Part shown: positions 14,648 through 22,318 of the stretch, one piece after another
How the letters are laid out: every line of letters begins with the position of its first letter
Position numbering within the stretch: the stretch's first letter is position 1
Origin: a virus
Length of the DNA: 44,815 bases
Direction: 5' to 3' (one strand)
IMG/VR virus record: IMGVR_UViG_3300045988_148821
Location: 1-44,815 of that record
The notes under the pieces: generated by a model
The model's input: only the letters and a program-made list of their open reading frames with translations
Databases searched by the model: none
What the model was told of the DNA's origin: nothing
Program-made: the position numbers and the translations under genes

Positions 14648-14943
14648 CCAAACCTAAAACCATAGAAATCGTCAGCTATGACGGAAAGTATCCGAACCTG
14701 TGCCGCGGACGCTTAACGCTCAAAGTCGGCGGGAAAGAATACGTCACGCACCCCGGGGTGCTGTGTCCCGGTGAAGGTGCTGGGTGCAGCTGTGATAGCG
14801 ATGGTAATTGGACGACGGATCGCGGCGATTGGTTCGTTTATCCGGAGGATCTACCGAAGGAAATCCGACGCTATGCAGCCCGGATTGAGGCCGCCGTTAA
14901 TGAGTCTGATATTGAAAAGCCGTGCTGCGGCGGCTGCATTTAG
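14644..14943 (+). CDS. Cys-rich hypothetical protein (99 aa)
   Basis: ATGA-coupled. Cys clusters LCRG, LCPGEGAGCSC and a C-terminal PCCGGCI. Confidence 0.55.
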   Translation: MTKPKTIEIVSYDGKYPNLCRGRLTLKVGGKEYVTHPGVLCPGEGAGCSCDSDGNWTTDRGDWFVYPEDLPKEIRRYAARIEAAVNESDIEKPCCGGCI

Positions 14944-14951
14944 GAGGCGAA

Positions 14952-15182
14952 ATGATTAACGACGTTGATTTCAAAGTCTTGGCAGACCCTGGTTTGCAGA
15001 CGGTTTCGGTTGAGGTCAAAACCGAACTGGATAACGGCGCGTGGTGCGCTACGACTGATCTCTCTGAGGATTCGGCTCGAAAGTTGATTCGAGACTTGGA
15101 AGAGGCCTTGCGTGTGCTGAGGGCGTCGCGTGGTGACTCCGCAGAAAACCTTTCACATGATTTTGGCGAGGAGGCGGTATGA
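14952..15182 (+). CDS. Hypothetical protein (76 aa)
   Basis: ATG 14952 preceded by GGAGG. Confidence 0.55.
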   Translation: MINDVDFKVLADPGLQTVSVEVKTELDNGAWCATTDLSEDSARKLIRDLEEALRVLRASRGDSAENLSHDFGEEAV

Positions 15183-15469
15183 GCGAAACCGTCGAATTCA
15201 TGCAGGCAAAGACGCTTTACCGCACTGCAGTCGTCAAGGTCGAGTTGCTGGAATCAACCATCGGGAAGCCGATTCGGGTGAAGGACTCCTACATGGTCAC
15301 GGTCTACGTCTATTCCGGTCACGGGGAATACGCAGTCCAGGCCGGGTTTGAAGGTTCGGATCCGAACTACGTCTACACGCCGCGCGCCTGGTGCCCGACT
15401 GAGATCAACTGCGCCAACGTCGCGCAGAAGTTCGTAGAGGACTGGATGAAGAAGGAGGAAGAGGAATGA
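15179..15469 (+). CDS. Hypothetical protein (96 aa)
   Basis: ATGA-coupled ORF. Confidence 0.55.
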   Translation: MSETVEFMQAKTLYRTAVVKVELLESTIGKPIRVKDSYMVTVYVYSGHGEYAVQAGFEGSDPNYVYTPRAWCPTEINCANVAQKFVEDWMKKEEEE

Positions 15470-15966
15470 TTCGCGTACGTTCTAACTGCGGCCGTGTCGT
15501 CATTGAGATTGTAAAAGAAACCGGCGAAATCCTCTCGGAAACAGTGTCGGCCCCGAGAGCCCGGGAATTCACCCACGACGTGACGAAGGTCTGCAACAAG
15601 ATCGAAAACTGGAACTGGGCCCCCGGTGGCGGCGCTATTCACGAACAAGTCATTCATGTGGACAACGCCTGGTACCCCATAGAGGAGCCTCCCAAGGATT
15701 CGCGTGAGGTTCTCATCACCACTGAAGGCCCGGAAGGTCGAAACATAGCGGTTGGTTTCTACGTTCCGGAAAGGAAAACCTCACAAGGGAAGACGCTGCC
15801 GGCGCGTTGGTTGGTGCCCTGCCTTGGGGTGGAGGCTGATGGCGTCCGGGCCCAAGAAAGGCTTATCGCGTGGTCTCCGTGCCCGCGCCCGGCGGTGATG
15901 AAGAAAACAATCAAGTTCCCGGACATTCGAATGGGCGGTGACTATGGTGTGGGGGTGTCGGCATGA
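15466..15966 (+). CDS. Hypothetical protein (166 aa)
   Basis: ATGA-coupled ORF. The C-terminal half (AWYPIEEPPKDSREVLITTE...) resembles small phage Nin-region domains; not assigned. Confidence 0.55.
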   Translation: MIRVRSNCGRVVIEIVKETGEILSETVSAPRAREFTHDVTKVCNKIENWNWAPGGGAIHEQVIHVDNAWYPIEEPPKDSREVLITTEGPEGRNIAVGFYVPERKTSQGKTLPARWLVPCLGVEADGVRAQERLIAWSPCPRPAVMKKTIKFPDIRMGGDYGVGVSA

Positions 15967-16103
15967 ATGACTTCGTTGTCGGTGCCCTTGCCTGGGCGGG
16001 TGCCGTTGGCGCCGTGGTGCTCATTTGTTGGGGCATCAACAAACTCGCGGCAATGGAGATCAAGGAGTTACAGAAGTTCGAGGAAAAGGAGGCTGAAAAA
16101 TGA
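15963..16103 (+). CDS. 46-aa single-TM protein
   Basis: ATGA overlaps on both sides. Reads MNDFVVGALAWAGAVGAVVLICWGINKLAAMEIKELQKFEEKEAEK. Confidence 0.45.
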   Translation: MNDFVVGALAWAGAVGAVVLICWGINKLAAMEIKELQKFEEKEAEK

Positions 16104-16456
16104 CTTTGACCGCTTGGGATATTTATTGGGTGACGCGGCTGGATGAGATCAGCATCGCGCTTGGGATTGCGATTCCGGTGCTGCTTATTGTGCTCGCGCT
16201 CTCGACGTTTGTGTACTTCGTGACTGAGTTTGAAATCAAGGGGGCGAAAAAACTTGCGTGCGGGCTTGTCCCGTGGATCGTTGGGTTGACGCTGGTGAAT
16301 ACGCTCATCCCCAACACAAAGCAGGCCGCCGCGATGATCGTTCTTCCGGCAATCGTCAACTCTGAGGCCGTGCAGCAGCTTCCGGGTGAACTCACGACGT
16401 TGGCCCGGGAATGGTTGCAGGAATTACGGCCCGCGAAGAAGGGAGGTGCGAAATGA
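16100..16456 (+). CDS. Membrane protein (118 aa, about 3 TM)
   Basis: Hydrophobic segments IALGIAIPVLLIVLALSTFVYFV and LVPWIVGLTLVNTLI. Confidence 0.55.
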   Translation: MTLTAWDIYWVTRLDEISIALGIAIPVLLIVLALSTFVYFVTEFEIKGAKKLACGLVPWIVGLTLVNTLIPNTKQAAAMIVLPAIVNSEAVQQLPGELTTLAREWLQELRPAKKGGAK

Positions 16457-16656
16457 AAACGCCTGCCGGAGTTTCTAACGCTGTCGCTACGAAACTGAAC
16501 CGCGCTTACAAGACCGGGCATGACGTGGGGCTTAAGGGCTCGGCACCTTCCGTAGAGGCCGCGCAGTTCAAGACGACACTTGAGCAGCGGTATTTCTGGA
16601 TGGGCGTCTGCGACGCTCAGGTCGAAAAGAACAACAGGGAGGATGAGAGCGAATGA
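16453..16656 (+). CDS. Hypothetical protein (67 aa)
   Basis: ATGA-coupled on both sides. Confidence 0.5.
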   Translation: MKTPAGVSNAVATKLNRAYKTGHDVGLKGSAPSVEAAQFKTTLEQRYFWMGVCDAQVEKNNREDESE

Positions 16657-17027
16657 CAGAGATCGTCGTGAAACTTCCCTGGCCCCCGCAACAGTTGAAG
16701 CCCAATTGGCGGGGACACTGGGCGGCCAAGGCCCGGGCCGTCAAGCGGTACCGAAGCGATGCGGCCTACCTTACCCGATGTACGACGCCGCTCACCTTCG
16801 ATGGTTACGCCGGCAAGGTCGACATTCAGTGCGAGTTTTGCACGCCAGACCGCCGGGCTCGCGATGAAGACAACCTTGTCGCAACCATGAAGGCCGGCTT
16901 TGACGGTATCGCCGACCGCCTGGGCATCAACGACAGGAAATTCCACCACCTCGAGCACCAATATCGGTTCTCAGGGCGTCAGCGTTATGGGTATGTGCTT
17001 GTGCATGTTTTCATCAAGGAGGCCTGA
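16653..17027 (+). CDS. rusA: RusA-family Holliday junction resolvase
   Basis: RRARDEDNLVATMKAGFDGIADRLGINDRKF matches the RusA acidic catalytic block. Confidence 0.85.
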   Translation: MTEIVVKLPWPPQQLKPNWRGHWAAKARAVKRYRSDAAYLTRCTTPLTFDGYAGKVDIQCEFCTPDRRARDEDNLVATMKAGFDGIADRLGINDRKFHHLEHQYRFSGRQRYGYVLVHVFIKEA

Positions 17028-17029
17028 CC

Positions 17030-17236
17030 ATGGATGACGAGAACTTTCACACCTTGCTGCCCGAGTGGGCGCAACTCCTTCTCCGGAAAGCGGCATCCGT
17101 CCCCAATACTCCGGAAGACCCGCGCAACCGGGACAAGTGTATCGAGACCGTCGACCACGAATTGCGGCTCCGGATACCGGGTGCATTTGTCTCCGACCGA
17201 GACGCCCAAAATGTTGTATGTCGAAAGAAACGATAG
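17030..17236 (+). CDS. Hypothetical protein (68 aa)
   Basis: ATG 2 nt after the rusA stop; coding-like. Confidence 0.45.
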   Translation: MDDENFHTLLPEWAQLLLRKAASVPNTPEDPRNRDKCIETVDHELRLRIPGAFVSDRDAQNVVCRKKR

Positions 17237-17429
17237 AAACCAGCCCGTCGGCCAGTCACATCACTGGGCCCGGTGGACGGACGCCGAAGTCCGGTGGGTA
17301 CTGCAACTGCATGAGGGCGGCATGAGTTACACCCGGATTTCGGAAAAGCTGGACATGCCGCGGTCTACGGTGGCTGCCATCTGCCGCGGCGAAATCCGGC
17401 CAAGGATTAACGAGTTGAGGCGAGCATGA
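17211..17429 (+). CDS. Small HTH protein (72 aa), candidate late regulator or terminase DNA-recognition partner
   Basis: WTDAEVRWVLQLHEGGMSYTRISEKLDMPRSTVAAICRG helix-turn-helix. The stop overlaps the terS ATG (ATGA). Confidence 0.5.
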   Translation: MLYVERNDRNQPVGQSHHWARWTDAEVRWVLQLHEGGMSYTRISEKLDMPRSTVAAICRGEIRPRINELRRA

Positions 17430-17833
17430 CCGAGAAGAAGGAGACGACGAAGAAAGCCAAAGCAGCGCCCGCCAAGAAGGCCAAAAAAGGGGTACCTAAT
17501 TCGGAGGCAACACAGTTCAAAAGCGGTGCTAAAGCGGTGGAAAGTGGCCGAAAAGGTGGGGTTGCGTCCGGACAGGCAAAACGTGAGAAAAAAATTCTCA
17601 CCGAGATTCTCCTGAAGAAGTTGGCAAAGAAACTTCCGGACGGCGGCACGGTGGGTGAAGCCGTGGTGGATTCCATCATTGCAACGGCTATGGGCGGCGA
17701 CGTCAAGGCCTTTGTCGCCATTGCCGACCGCGTTGAAGGTAAGCCCGTGCAGCAGGTTGACCTTTCTGGAGAATTGTCGGTGGCTGACCGTTTGTTGGCC
17801 GCCCGGGCGAGGATGCAGCAGAAAAATGATTGA
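17426..17833 (+). CDS. terS: Putative terminase small subunit
   Basis: Lys-rich N-terminus, position immediately upstream of and overlapping terL, 135 aa. Confidence 0.55.
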   Translation: MTEKKETTKKAKAAPAKKAKKGVPNSEATQFKSGAKAVESGRKGGVASGQAKREKKILTEILLKKLAKKLPDGGTVGEAVVDSIIATAMGGDVKAFVAIADRVEGKPVQQVDLSGELSVADRLLAARARMQQKND

Positions 17834-19406
17834 TGAGTTGAACCAAGAATTAGCGGATTTCATTGGGCAGTTCTACGCCGATCCCTTGGGGTATGTTCTC
17901 GCCGCGTACCCGTGGGACTCGAACCCGTCCATCCAGTTGTGTACCCTTCCGGAACCGTGGCGGGCTCGGTATCCCAACTGCCACTACGGCCCTGATGCTT
18001 GGAGTTGCCGCGTAATGGATGAGATTGGCCGCCAGGTGCGTGAGAACGCCTTTGATGGCCGGCACGCCGTGAAGCCTATTCGGATCGCTGTCAGCAGCGG
18101 CCACGGCATCGGCAAGTCCTGCCTGAGTTCCTGGCTGATTGACTGGATCATGAGCACCCGGCCCTACGCGAAGGGTACGGTGACCGCTACGACAAACGGT
18201 CAGCTGGCGACGCGTACGTGGGCCCAGATCAAGTCTTGGACGACCAAAGCCCTGACTTACGATTGGTTCGACGTGAAGGACGGCCGCGGCTCCATGGAAC
18301 TGCGCAGTCGTGAAGCGCCCTCCGAATGGTTTGTCTCGGCCCAGTCCTGCCGCAAAGAGAACTCCGAAGCCTTTGCCGGTCAGCATGCCGCCAACTCGAC
18401 GTCGTTCTACCTTTTCGACGAGGGTTCCGGTATCGACGACAAAATCTATGAGGTGGCAGAAGGCGGCCTCACGGACGGTGAGCCGATGTTCTTTGTCTTC
18501 GGCAACCCTACCCGAAACTCCGGCGCTTTCTACGACATTTTCCACAAGTACCGAGACCAGTGGACGTGCTTCAAGATCGACAGCCGCGAGGCCCAGATTA
18601 CCAATAAGCCCGCTATCCAGGCCTGGATCGACCTCTATGGCTATGACTCCGACTTTGTCCGCGTCCGTGTCCGGGGCGAGTTCCCGAACGCGTCCGACTG
18701 CCAGTTCATTCCGCAGAACATCGTAGAAGCCGCAATGGCCCGGCCGTCCATGGAATTCCACCCGGGCGAGCATCCGGTGTGCGTGGTTGGGGTGGACTTG
18801 GCCGGCCCCGGTTCCGACGATACGGCAATTGCCACGCGTATCGGCCCTGAAGTTCTCAAGATTGAGGCTTTCCACGAGACGAGCGTCACGGCGATGTGTA
18901 CCCGCATCAAAGAGCACGTCAATTGGCTTTACGACACCTACGGCTTTGAAAAGGTCTACGTCTTCATGGACAGCGGTGGTATCGGCTACCCGTACGTCAC
19001 CCTGCTTAAGGAGTCCAACTTCCCGGTGAACGGGGTGAACTTTGGCCAAGGCGCCGACAAGCCGATGGTGTACCTCAACAAGCGCTCGGAAATGTGGGCC
19101 CGCATGAAGGAATGGTTGCAGGGCCCGATGGCTAAGCTGCCCGACGACGATGACCTCAAGTATGACCTTGTGGCGCCGGAGTACTTCCACCAGATTACCG
19201 ACAACCGCCTGGCGCTCGAGTCCAAGGAGGAGATGAAGAAGCGCGGTCTGCATTCCCCCGACAAGGCCGACGCGCTGGCCCTCACGTTCGCTGAAATTGT
19301 CTACGAGCGTGCCCAGTCTGTGGGCCCGGATCAGGGGCGCGCCAGTTACTTCACCCGCGAGTCCCGTCGCAACTCTCTCTCCAACCGCCGCCGCTTCAAT
19401 CGCTAG
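17826..19406 (+). CDS. terL: Terminase large subunit
   Basis: Walker A VSSGHGIGKS and Walker B FYLFDEGSG, with a C-terminal nuclease-like half. ATG 17826 overlaps the terS end; the ORF-track start 17655 is a spurious extension. Confidence 0.9.
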   Translation: MIDELNQELADFIGQFYADPLGYVLAAYPWDSNPSIQLCTLPEPWRARYPNCHYGPDAWSCRVMDEIGRQVRENAFDGRHAVKPIRIAVSSGHGIGKSCLSSWLIDWIMSTRPYAKGTVTATTNGQLATRTWAQIKSWTTKALTYDWFDVKDGRGSMELRSREAPSEWFVSAQSCRKENSEAFAGQHAANSTSFYLFDEGSGIDDKIYEVAEGGLTDGEPMFFVFGNPTRNSGAFYDIFHKYRDQWTCFKIDSREAQITNKPAIQAWIDLYGYDSDFVRVRVRGEFPNASDCQFIPQNIVEAAMARPSMEFHPGEHPVCVVGVDLAGPGSDDTAIATRIGPEVLKIEAFHETSVTAMCTRIKEHVNWLYDTYGFEKVYVFMDSGGIGYPYVTLLKESNFPVNGVNFGQGADKPMVYLNKRSEMWARMKEWLQGPMAKLPDDDDLKYDLVAPEYFHQITDNRLALESKEEMKKRGLHSPDKADALALTFAEIVYERAQSVGPDQGRASYFTRESRRNSLSNRRRFNR

Positions 19407-19450
19407 GGGGTGCAGTTGTTGCCCTCTTTCTCCGCCGATCATGCCGGCGA
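19404..19450 (+). promoter_or_regulatory. Late bipartite element copy 2
   Basis: TAG(terL stop)-GGGG-TGCAGTTGTTG (19411-19421), 19-nt spacer, ATGCCGGCGA (19441-19450). Confidence 0.6.
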
Positions 19451-19461
19451 AGGAGGAGGGC

Positions 19462-19923
19462 ATGACTATTTCTGTGCGGATGACGCCGGTCAAAGCATTG
19501 GCCGACGACAAATTCAGGTCGTTGTTTGATCTGTATGCCGCAGAGTCCGGCATCGAATCGTTCGGCAATTGGGCCGTGGCGTGGCAGAACTATGAAGCGC
19601 TGGAGAACACCGGCTGCCTGGTGGTGTATGTCGCCTACGACGATGACACGCCTGTGGGCATTGTCGGCTGCCTGATAACGCTTCACCTGCATTACCGCGT
19701 CCCGATGTTGGCAACGGACGGCTTTTTCGTTCTTCCGGAATACCGTGACAAAGGCGTAGGCGGACGCTTGCTGGCGTCAGCCTACCGCCTGGCTAAGGCC
19801 AAACGCATTGAGCACGTTGAGATCAGCTGCCCGCCCGGCGGACACCTCGACCGCAGTCTGTCTGTTAAGCCCTACTTCACCTTGGTTTCCAAAATCTACG
19901 AAAGGAGCTTCAAATGGGGTTAG
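19462..19923 (+). CDS. GNAT-family N-acetyltransferase
   Basis: Motif A RDKGVGGRLL within a GNAT-sized (153 aa) protein. AAGGAGGA upstream of ATG 19462. Confidence 0.75.
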   Translation: MTISVRMTPVKALADDKFRSLFDLYAAESGIESFGNWAVAWQNYEALENTGCLVVYVAYDDDTPVGIVGCLITLHLHYRVPMLATDGFFVLPEYRDKGVGGRLLASAYRLAKAKRIEHVEISCPPGGHLDRSLSVKPYFTLVSKIYERSFKWG

Positions 19924-20228
19924 AAGCAGCCGCATGGGCTGCCGTGGCCGCAATCGCAGCCAGTACGGCATCCAGTGCTTACAGCAGTGCGAAGGAACGA
20001 CGCGTCCAGCGTGAGAACGCCCGTAAACAGGAGGCGGCCGCCAAGAAGCAGCTTGCCGCCGAGGATGAGGCGCAGAACCGCGCCAATCGCAAGCAGGCCG
20101 ACATTGAAGGCTTGCTTGATGCCGGCGACACGTCCGGGGCAATGGGTAACTCGGCCAACCTGACAGGGGCCGGAGGGGCATCGGTCAATAAGGACTTGCT
20201 CGGTAAGGGCGGGACGCTCGGGAGCTGA
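19914..20228 (+). CDS. Small virion-type protein (hydrophobic N-terminus plus charged helix, 104 aa)
   Basis: AAAWAAVAAIAASTASSAY followed by a KQEAAAKKQLAAEDEAQNRANRKQ coiled region, located between the GNAT and portal genes. Confidence 0.4.
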   Translation: MGLEAAAWAAVAAIAASTASSAYSSAKERRVQRENARKQEAAAKKQLAAEDEAQNRANRKQADIEGLLDAGDTSGAMGNSANLTGAGGASVNKDLLGKGGTLGS

Positions 20229-20230
20229 GC

Positions 20231-21985
20231 ATGAAGGCTAAAGCATCAGAGCTGCGCCAACGGCTTGCCCAGATGAAGGCGACTCGAACGTCCATAGAGC
20301 CGCTTTATCGCAAGCTGCAGCGCTATATCCTGCCTGAAACGGGGCGGTTCGACGAGGTGCCCGGGGTCGAGTCCGAAGAGACCGGCTACGAGTTTATCAA
20401 CGACGCGACGGCCACGGACGCAATAGACGTTCTCGGTGCCGGCATGTTGGGCGGCATGACGTCGCCGGCGCGCCCGTGGTTCCGGCTTACAACGCGCTCT
20501 CCGGAACTGGACGAGAACACCAACGTCAAGCGCTGGCTCTCTGAGCTGCAGACCGAAATGCAGATGGTGTTCGCCAAGTCCAACGTCTACCAGGCGCTCA
20601 ACAATGCCTACCTGGAACTCGCCTGCTACGGCACGGCCTGCCTGGTGGCGCTGCCGTCCGACCGCAGGGTTATCCATTTGCATGAGATGACCGCCGGCGA
20701 GTACTGGATCGAGGAGGACGCAGAGCAGCGGGTGAACACCGTTTATCGGCAGATCGTCATGACGTCTGCTCAAATGGTGGAAGTCTTCGGAGAGTCCGCC
20801 GTGAGCGATGGTGTACGCGAGGAGGCCAAGAACCCCGCCGCATGCTTCAGGACGCACACGGTCATCCATGCCATTGAACCGCGCCCGGACTACGACCCGA
20901 CGAAGAAGGATAAGTACTCCATGCCTTACCGCGGGGTGTATTTCGAAGAGGCGGCCGGCCAGTACACCTACGAAATCGGATCGGATGAACTTCCGAACGC
21001 ACAGGATCGAGTGCTGCGGGAAGAGGGCTTCAAGACGTTCCCGTGCCTTGTTCCGCGTTGGGCTATCAGCAAGCGGTCTCCCTATGGCCGCAGCCCCGGC
21101 ATGAAGGCCCTGGGCGTCGTTATGGCCCTGCAGGAAGAGACGACCATCAAGGAGCGCGCTACGGACTACACGGTGAACCCGCCGTTGCTCGTTCCGGAAG
21201 AGTACGAAAGCAAGCCGCTCGACTTCGGCCCCGGCGGCGTCAGCTACTGCAACCTCACGCAGGCACAGCAGGTGAAGACCGCTTGGGACGTCAGGTTAGA
21301 TCTCAACGCCGTCAAGGTGGACATTGACGACAAGCGCCAGAGCATCAACAACTACTTCTACAAGGATCTTTTCCTCATGCTGGCCCAGACGGCTCGCTAC
21401 GGTCGCACAGCTTACGAGGTTGAAAAGCTCGACAAGGAAAAGATGCTGATTATGGGCCCGGTGCTCGAGCGCCTTCACCTCGAACTTCTCGACCCGCTGA
21501 TCGCGACGACCCTGCAGTGCATGCAGCGCTTCGACCTGATCCCGCCGATGCCCGACGAGATTAAAAGCCTGGACAGTATTTTCGGGGAACGTGAGTACAC
21601 GCAGAACGCCGAAGAGAAGGGGCCGGGCGACTACATCAACATTGAGTACGTGTCGATCCTGGCGCAGGCCCAGCGTGCCGCTGGCGTGGATGCCATGAGT
21701 ACCTACGTTCAAAGCCTGGCCGGTGCCTCTCAGGTTTGGCCGAACGCTATCGACAATCTCGACGAGGACAAGTGGGCCCGCAAGCTAGCCGACCAGTTGG
21801 GGGTCGATCCGGAAATCATCCCGAGTCAGGAAGAAGTGGATCAGAAGCGCGAACAACGGGCCCGGCAACAGCAACAGGCCCAACAGCTCGAGTCCGCCAA
21901 GCAGCTCTCCGACATTGCCAAAAACATCCCGCAGGCGAGTTCGGCCGACGCCATGAAAGCCATGAGCGGATATGCCGGCATGTAG
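20231..21985 (+). CDS. Portal (head-to-tail connector, T7/BPP-1 type)
   Basis: 584 aa; position after terminase; N-terminal pattern LAQMKATRTSIEPLYRKLQRYILPETGRF typical of podovirus connectors. Confidence 0.8.
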   Translation: MKAKASELRQRLAQMKATRTSIEPLYRKLQRYILPETGRFDEVPGVESEETGYEFINDATATDAIDVLGAGMLGGMTSPARPWFRLTTRSPELDENTNVKRWLSELQTEMQMVFAKSNVYQALNNAYLELACYGTACLVALPSDRRVIHLHEMTAGEYWIEEDAEQRVNTVYRQIVMTSAQMVEVFGESAVSDGVREEAKNPAACFRTHTVIHAIEPRPDYDPTKKDKYSMPYRGVYFEEAAGQYTYEIGSDELPNAQDRVLREEGFKTFPCLVPRWAISKRSPYGRSPGMKALGVVMALQEETTIKERATDYTVNPPLLVPEEYESKPLDFGPGGVSYCNLTQAQQVKTAWDVRLDLNAVKVDIDDKRQSINNYFYKDLFLMLAQTARYGRTAYEVEKLDKEKMLIMGPVLERLHLELLDPLIATTLQCMQRFDLIPPMPDEIKSLDSIFGEREYTQNAEEKGPGDYINIEYVSILAQAQRAAGVDAMSTYVQSLAGASQVWPNAIDNLDEDKWARKLADQLGVDPEIIPSQEEVDQKREQRARQQQQAQQLESAKQLSDIAKNIPQASSADAMKAMSGYAGM

Positions 21986-22029
21986 GGGGGTGCAGTTGTT
22001 GACGAAATCACAGAGGAAGATGCCGGCAT
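21983..22029 (+). promoter_or_regulatory. Late bipartite element copy 3
   Basis: TAG(portal stop)-GGGGG-TGCAGTTGTTG (21991-22001), 18-nt spacer, ATGCCGGCAT (22020-22029) overlapping ATG 22028. A second ATGCCGGCAT lies at 21972-21981. Confidence 0.6.
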
Positions 22030-22318
22030 GACAGCGAATGACAAACGCGCAGAGGCCAAGAAGAAGCAGGAGCAGGCCGCCCAGCAGGAGAAAAACGACT
22101 GGGAATGGTTCACTTCTGACGAACGCGGACTGCGCATTCTTCACCGGGCTATTGGCTTTTGCGGCGTGTTCCGCAACGGCTTTAACCCTAATGCGTTGAC
22201 GATGTCCTTCGGTGAAGGGCAACGCAACGTCGGTTTGTATCTGTGGGATCGGCTCGCGCGGTTCACGCCCGAGAAAGTCCCGCATTTTTTAGAGATGAGA
22301 GACAGCGATGGCTATTGA
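22028..22318 (+). CDS. Bbp19-like small head-module protein
   Basis: WEWFTSDERGLRILHRAIGFCGVFRNGF...FGEGQRNVGLYLWDRL resembles the Bordetella phage BPP-1 Bbp19 family pattern. Confidence 0.6.
   Translation: MTANDKRAEAKKKQEQAAQQEKNDWEWFTSDERGLRILHRAIGFCGVFRNGFNPNALTMSFGEGQRNVGLYLWDRLARFTPEKVPHFLEMRDSDGY

Noticed and set aside
19404-19421. TAG read-through or pyrrolysine-type recoding signalled by the conserved sequence after four TAG stops
   Set aside because: The motif is in a different phase relative to TAG in copy 2 than in copies 3-5. Downstream frames close after 5-36 codons without joining the next gene. Other genes also end in TAG without the motif.
19407-19450. Reading the late element as a sigma-54 (-24 GG / -12 GC) or an ordinary sigma-70 promoter
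   Set aside because: Only one copy has TTGC at the right distance from GG, so sigma-54 does not fit. For sigma-70, the TTGTTG to -10-like hexamer spacing is only 14-15 nt and the hexamers start with G. The phage's own PR/PL show that canonical promoters look different here.
17850-19568. 572-aa minus-strand ORF opposite terL. Comparable shadows occur at 20246-20869, 23194-23988, 26359-27486 and 29196-29816.
   Set aside because: They are antisense shadows of well-supported structural genes. Their composition is biased and no family motifs are present.
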